From assembly GCA_963798485.1 (NCBI GenBank), contig CAWCTR010000022.1, forward strand, positions 1 to 64,000: 64,000 nt of DNA, written 5' to 3'. The position numbers and the translations under genes were made by a program. The stretch's first letter is position 1; every line of letters starts with the position of its first letter. Positions 58,964 through 64,000 of the stretch are shown here, in pieces. The notes beneath the pieces were generated by a model. That model worked only from the letters and a program-made list of their open reading frames with translations. It searched no databases and was not told the DNA's origin. Origin of the DNA: an uncultured delta proteobacterium. GTDB lineage: Bacteria; Desulfobacterota; Desulfomonilia; UBA1062.

Positions 58964-60181
58964 TTATGCCCCCATAACGGCCCGGATAACCGAACGCACC
59001 CTGCGTGCATGCATGCAGTTATGGACGCGCACCAGATCTACGCCACCTAGCGCGGCCCAGGCGGTAATTGTATCGGTTCCTTCTTCGCGTTGATCAATAG
59101 TGCAATCAAGGATCGTGCCGATAAACGATTTTTTCGAGTGACCTGCCATGATGGGCACGTGAAGTGACTTGAACTCGGAAATGTGACGCATGATGGAGAG
59201 GTTTCCCTGAAGGTCTTTGCCGAAACCAAGCCCAGGGTCTGCAATGATGGACTCAGGAGAGATCCCTGCAGAAAGGCATGCCTCGATGCGTTCGTCGAGG
59301 AAGGCGTATATCTCGCCGATAATGTCTTTATAGATCGTATTGTCCTGCATGGTCTTTGGCGTACCCCGCATGTGCATGAGGATAACCCCGCATCCGATCT
59401 CACGGACGAGGTCCATCATATCAGGGTCGCCCCTAAGCGCACTGATATCATTGATTATGGTGGCGCCTTCATGAAGGGCCGCCCGGGCCACTGCGGCCTT
59501 GGTGGTATCGATGCTGATGGGGATAGTAAGAGTTGAGGCCAGCTCTTTGATGATAGGGGCTATTCTTGAGGTTTCCTCCTTAGCATCCACGCTCAGAGAT
59601 CCCGGCCTGGATGATTCACCCCCCACATCAATGATTTCGGCGCCTTGCCTTGCCATCTCCAGGGCATGTCGGAGCGCCGTGCCGGGGTCAAGGTATTTCC
59701 CTCCATCGGAAAAGGAATCGGGTGTCACATTCAGGATTCCCATGATGACCGGTAATTCCGTCCACTGATGGCCTTTGCCGCAGAGGTTGAGTTTCAATGG
59801 CCCATTCTCAGAGAACACCTGTTCACGGATACTCTGCGCCAGTGGTTCCAGACCCTCCTGAAGCATGAGTTTGTCCGCCAGGAGTTTGAAGTGCCTTAGG
59901 TCACCCATGATCACGCAGTCCGAGGTTTCCACCTTTCCTGAGATCACATGCCTATGGACTGCTACATCGCCGCCTATGGAGAGCATGCCCTGCTTGATGA
60001 TGTTGGCTGCGTAGAGCTTTACCCCCTGAACCAAGAGGTTTACATGATTGAGCTTAGGAACCAGATAGGCCAGCGAGGCCGGATCGACGCCGCAAGAGAG
60101 CAGGATGCCCTCATCCGCATCATAGATCCGCCTAGCTTGCGGCAGCCCCTTCCTGGACGATCTTGTCGATCTCTGCGCCAT
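58964..60181 (-). CDS. folP: dihydropteroate synthase with N-terminal extension (start uncertain)
   Basis: [38 protein letters not shown]. Confidence 0.92.
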   Translation of the reverse strand: MAQRSTRSSRKGLPQARRIYDADEGILLSCGVDPASLAYLVPKLNHVNLLVQGVKLYAANIIKQGMLSIGGDVAVHRHVISGKVETSDCVIMGDLRHFKLLADKLMLQEGLEPLAQSIREQVFSENGPLKLNLCGKGHQWTELPVIMGILNVTPDSFSDGGKYLDPGTALRHALEMARQGAEIIDVGGESSRPGSLSVDAKEETSRIAPIIKELASTLTIPISIDTTKAAVARAALHEGATIINDISALRGDPDMMDLVREIGCGVILMHMRGTPKTMQDNTIYKDIIGEIYAFLDERIEACLSAGISPESIIADPGLGFGKDLQGNLSIMRHISEFKSLHVPIMAGHSKKSFIGTILDCTIDQREEGTDTITAWAALGGVDLVRVHNCMHARRVRSVIRAVMGA

Positions 60182-61949
60182 CGATGACCTCTTTCTCCAG
60201 CAGGGTCTGGGCTATCTTGTGAAGGATGTCGAGGTTGTCCTCAACAATCCCTTTCGTCTTATTATAGCAGTCCATAATGATCGTCTTCACCTCTTCGTCG
60301 ATCTTCTGGGCGGTCAGTTCACTGTAGTCGACCCGCTTGGAGATCTCTCTGCCCAAAAAGATCTCCTGCTCTACTTTGCCGAAACTCAAGGGCCCCAGCG
60401 AACTCATGCCCCATTCGGTGACCATGTGTCTGGCCATATCGGTGGCCCGCTCGATATCGTTTCCTGCGCCGGTAGTCAGACATCCGAGGACCAGCTCTTC
60501 GGAAACCCTGCCGCCCATGAGAACGGAGATGGTGGCAAGCAGAAACTCCTTGCTGTAAGTGTGCCTGTCATCAATGGGGAGCTGCTGGGTAATGCCCATG
60601 GCTCGTCCCCTAGGGATGATGCTTACCTTGTAAACAGGGTCTGCATTCGGCAGCTTCTTGGCTACCAGGGCATGACCAGCCTCATGGTAGGCGGTGGTCT
60701 TCTTCTCCTCTTCCGAGATCACCATGCTCTTGCGCTCCACGCCCATAAGGACCTTGTCCTTGGCCTGCTCCATGTCTTTCATCATTACCTTTGTCCGTGT
60801 TTTGCGGGCGGCAAGGAGCGCTGACTCATTTACGAGATTGGATAGATCGGCCCCTGAAAAACCGGGTGTGGCCTTGGCAAGTATTGCCAGATTTACATCA
60901 TCGGCCATAGGTATATTACGAGTATGTACCTTGAGGATGCCCTCTCTGCCTTTTACATCGGGGAATGCAACTATTACCTGGCGATCGAATCTCCCCGGAC
61001 GGAGAAGGGCCGGGTCCAAGACGTCCGGACGATTTGTAGCCGCCATGAGGATGACGCCCTCGTTTGATTCGAAACCATCCATCTCTACGAGGAGCTGGTT
61101 CAGGGTCTGCTCGCGCTCATCGTGGCCGCCGCCGAGACCGGCCCCCCTGTGCCTGCCCACGGCATCGATCTCATCGATAAAGATAATGCACGGGGCATGT
61201 TGTTTGCCCTGTGCAAAGAGGTCCCTCACGCGGGATGCGCCCACACCTACGAACATCTCGACAAAATCGGATCCGGACATGCTGAAGAAGGGAACGCCTG
61301 CTTCACCCGCAACGGCCTTTGCCAGCAGGGTTTTGCCTGTCCCTGGGGGTCCTAGGAGCAGCACCCCTTTTGGTATCCGGCCTCCCAGCGTGGTGAATCG
61401 CTTGGGCTCCTTGAGGAATTCGATGATCTCCTCCAACTCCTCCTTTGCCTCATCCACGCCTGCCACATCAACAAAGGTGACCTTCATCTTGTCCTGGGTC
61501 ATGAGCCTGGCTTTGCTCCTGCCAAAGCTCATGGCCTTGGTCCCTCCGGTTTGCATCTGTCTCATGAACAGGACCCAGACTCCGATGAGCAACAGCATTG
61601 GTATCCATGAGATGAGCGCAGAGAGATACCAGGGAGATTCATCCTTTGGTTTGGCTATGATGGAGACATTCTTTGCCGTAAGACGCTCCACAAGTTTAGG
61701 ATCATCCGGGGTATAGCTGTCAAAGAGCTTTCCGGTTACCAGCACCCCCTTGATTTCATTGCCCTGGATGGTGACTTCTTTTAATTCGCCTTTATCCAAG
61801 ACCTTGAGGAACTCGCTGAAGGATAGGGTGGAGGTCTGTTTTGCGGGCTGATTGAAAAGGTGGAAGAGCATCACCCCGATAAGGGCGATGACCACCCACA
61901 ACGCCACGGTCTTAATCATGCTGGTGTTTGAGTTCATGAGAGGACTCAC
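60132..61949 (-). CDS. ftsH: ATP-dependent zinc metalloprotease
   Basis: [19 protein letters not shown]. Confidence 0.97.
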   Translation of the reverse strand: MSPLMNSNTSMIKTVALWVVIALIGVMLFHLFNQPAKQTSTLSFSEFLKVLDKGELKEVTIQGNEIKGVLVTGKLFDSYTPDDPKLVERLTAKNVSIIAKPKDESPWYLSALISWIPMLLLIGVWVLFMRQMQTGGTKAMSFGRSKARLMTQDKMKVTFVDVAGVDEAKEELEEIIEFLKEPKRFTTLGGRIPKGVLLLGPPGTGKTLLAKAVAGEAGVPFFSMSGSDFVEMFVGVGASRVRDLFAQGKQHAPCIIFIDEIDAVGRHRGAGLGGGHDEREQTLNQLLVEMDGFESNEGVILMAATNRPDVLDPALLRPGRFDRQVIVAFPDVKGREGILKVHTRNIPMADDVNLAILAKATPGFSGADLSNLVNESALLAARKTRTKVMMKDMEQAKDKVLMGVERKSMVISEEEKKTTAYHEAGHALVAKKLPNADPVYKVSIIPRGRAMGITQQLPIDDRHTYSKEFLLATISVLMGGRVSEELVLGCLTTGAGNDIERATDMARHMVTEWGMSSLGPLSFGKVEQEIFLGREISKRVDYSELTAQKIDEEVKTIIMDCYNKTKGIVEDNLDILHKIAQTLLEKEVIDGAEIDKIVQEGAAAS

Positions 61950-62599
61950 TGTTTTGCATTCAGCTTCGCTGATGGTGAGGTTCCAAGAGAGGCCAGCAAG
62001 GTTTTGGCCATCTCGGAATAGTTTTCAGAAACGGCGCTTAAACATTGTCTCGCCTCACCACCTTTCCCGAGCGCAATCAATGCATTGGCCTTAAGGAACA
62101 GGGCCTGATCCTTAAGGTCTTTGGATGCGCTCTCGATACAGGTATCCAGTATGGGCAGGGCCTTGGCAGGCTCATTTTGCTGTATGTATGCACTGGCGGT
62201 TAAAAGGATAGCCTGCCAGTGGAATGCATCCTTGCCTGCCCATTTGTTAATGAACTCATCTGCATAAGCCAGGGCCATCTTCTGGTTACCTTGCTCTAAA
62301 GACATTCGGGCCAGTCTCAATTTGGCGAGCTTGCCGGCCTTTGTATCGGAATACTCCTGGGCGACCTGAAGAGACATCTGGGAATTATTGGAAGCCCTCA
62401 TGTATGCATTCATTCCGTCGAGCTCCCTGTTGGTCTTCCAGTAGTAAACCCCATATCCTCCAGCCAAGATGCAAACAAGGGCAACCGCACCGATGATGAA
62501 TTGCTGCGGATGCTCTTTTATCCAGGCAAGTACGCTGCTTGTCGTGGTTATGAATTCATCTGGTGTATTGAGTATGTCTTTGCGTGTTATTCGTGCCAT
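61946..62599 (-). CDS. membrane-anchored TPR protein (YfgM-like)
   Basis: Single TM followed by TPR-like helices. Confidence 0.7.
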   Translation of the reverse strand: MARITRKDILNTPDEFITTTSSVLAWIKEHPQQFIIGAVALVCILAGGYGVYYWKTNRELDGMNAYMRASNNSQMSLQVAQEYSDTKAGKLAKLRLARMSLEQGNQKMALAYADEFINKWAGKDAFHWQAILLTASAYIQQNEPAKALPILDTCIESASKDLKDQALFLKANALIALGKGGEARQCLSAVSENYSEMAKTLLASLGTSPSAKLNAKQ

Positions 62600-62683
62600 G
62601 TATATTCAACCTCCGAGTAGATAGGAAGTATATAGTAATTCTAACAGGCGTATGTCAATTGTGTATTATCCTAAATTAAAGAT

Positions 62684-62718
62684 AAAAAGCCCCTGCACAT
62701 ATTGTGCAGGGGCTTTTT
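62684..62718. terminator. bidirectional intrinsic terminator
   Basis: AAAAAGCCCCTGCAC-atatt-GTGCAGGGGCTTTTT. Confidence 0.85.
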
Positions 62719-62758
62719 ATCTTTGTCATATTCTATCGGTATTGCCTTGGTTAACTGA

Positions 62759-64000
62759 TCATTGCATGGCCACCGGCTCGAGGATCTGGGGAGTTATGAA
62801 GATCAGGAGCTCTGTCTTGCTTTTTGTTTTTTCTGCTCCCTTGAAGAGATAACCTATTATAGGGAGATCGCCCAGGAAGGGGACCTTTTGAATATTATCC
62901 GTTTCCGATTCCTCAATAATGCCACCGATGACGGTTGTTTCACCATTCCTTACCAATACTTCCGTTATTGCCTCACGGTTATCTATGGAGGGGTCACCCA
63001 GAGAGTTCTTGACGGAGCCGAGTGCATCGCGTTTTACGCTGATCTCCATGTTCACGCTCCCGTCAAAGGCGATGCGAGGTGTCACATCGAGCTGGAGGTC
63101 TATGTCCTTCAGATCCGTAGAAAGCTGTCCTTCCTGGTTACGGACTATGTACGGATATTTTTGACCCTGTTTGATAGTCGCCTTTTTGTTGTCCATGGTG
63201 ACAACCTTCGGTCTGGAGAGCACATTGATGCTACCCGTGGTCTCTCCGATGTCGAGACTCAGGTCAAGAGAGGCAGAGGTGTTGCCAAGCCGTCCTACGG
63301 TAACGCCGAAGCCTGCCGCCTGGTTGGTCGGGAAATTAACTGCCAGGCTTGGGGCAGGGATAAGCGTCGTCGTCGCTGTCTGCCATCCGGTTCCAGTTGC
63401 ATTTATGGGACTCGTGAGAAAAGTACTGGTATTGGAGGTATTAGTACTAGCATTGGTGTTCCCCCCTGAGAGGCCGAAAAGCCATTTACCGCTCTGATTA
63501 TTTGTAGCGCCTCCCCACTGGATACCAAGACCCCTGGAGAAATTGTTGTCTGCCTGCACTATCCTGGCTGATATGAGGACCTGCGGGGTGGGTTTGTCCA
63601 GCCTCTTCACCATGGCGCTGATATCATCCACGCTCTTGCGGATGTCTTTGACAATGAGCACATTGGTCCTGTTATCCGCAGTGATGTTACCGCGATCCGA
63701 AAGCAGCCCCACTTCCTTTCCTTTGATAGTAGAAGTGATCTCTGATGCCTTAGCGAAATTGACGGGGATAACCGAGGTGACCAGGGGCTCCAACTGCTCC
63801 AGGGTCTTTTTTGAGGCGAGTTGGCGCTCCTGGGCTTGCTTGATCTTATCCGCCGGTGCAATGCGCACTACATTGCCCATGGCCATCTTATCAAGGTCCT
63901 TACTTTCCAGGACCACATCCAGGGCCTGGTCCCACGGGATGTCCTTAAGCCTGATGGTGATGGTTCCCTTGACTTCGTCCGAGGTCACAATATTGAGCCC
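62759..64000 (-). CDS. pilQ: type IV pilus secretin (5' part outside the window)
   Basis: PWDQALD, D.RTN.LIV.D, QVLISARIV, KVPFLGDLP, ELLIFITP. Confidence 0.93.
   Translation of the reverse strand, partial: GLNIVTSDEVKGTITIRLKDIPWDQALDVVLESKDLDKMAMGNVVRIAPADKIKQAQERQLASKKTLEQLEPLVTSVIPVNFAKASEITSTIKGKEVGLLSDRGNITADNRTNVLIVKDIRKSVDDISAMVKRLDKPTPQVLISARIVQADNNFSRGLGIQWGGATNNQSGKWLFGLSGGNTNASTNTSNTSTFLTSPINATGTGWQTATTTLIPAPSLAVNFPTNQAAGFGVTVGRLGNTSASLDLSLDIGETTGSINVLSRPKVVTMDNKKATIKQGQKYPYIVRNQEGQLSTDLKDIDLQLDVTPRIAFDGSVNMEISVKRDALGSVKNSLGDPSIDNREAITEVLVRNGETTVIGGIIEESETDNIQKVPFLGDLPIIGYLFKGAEKTKSKTELLIFITPQILEPVAMQ

Overview
Bacterial chromosome segment, probably an anaerobic deltaproteobacterium (Desulfobacterota-like, inferred from gene content). 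1-18 kb: three tandem acyl-CoA synthetases, Fe-S, redox and methyltransferase genes, a DUF134-NifX-like pair behind a perfect 28-bp palindrome, and a Crp/Fnr regulator. The regulator is divergent from an FNR-box operon: trxA, an unannotated candidate UGA-readthrough (selenocysteine) membrane microprotein with a SECIS-like hairpin, a FadL-type porin and a large FAD/Fe-S oxidoreductase. 18-25.6 kb: AT-richer patch with a TMTC-like glycosyltransferase-TPR gene and two paralogous secreted DUF6160-like genes, the relic of a tandem duplication. 25.8-36.2 kb: pilB-pilT-pilC, an HD-GYP regulator and an MMPL transporter. 36.3-54.4 kb: an 18-kb element integrated in tRNA-Glu (46-bp att repeats). It carries an integrase, xis-like gene, SF2 helicase, iteron origin, prim-pol, sigma-like gene, a Cre-like resolvase with a lox-like site, orphan cargo and a PLD nuclease. 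No capsid, terminase or conjugation genes are recognisable. Two IS21 elements have inserted into it, one with two extra ORFs and iteron-like repeats. 54.4-64 kb: tRNA-Glu, tRNA-Lys, cimA, lysC, tsaE, acpS, folP, ftsH and pilQ. All family assignments come from motif recognition by eye, not database searches.
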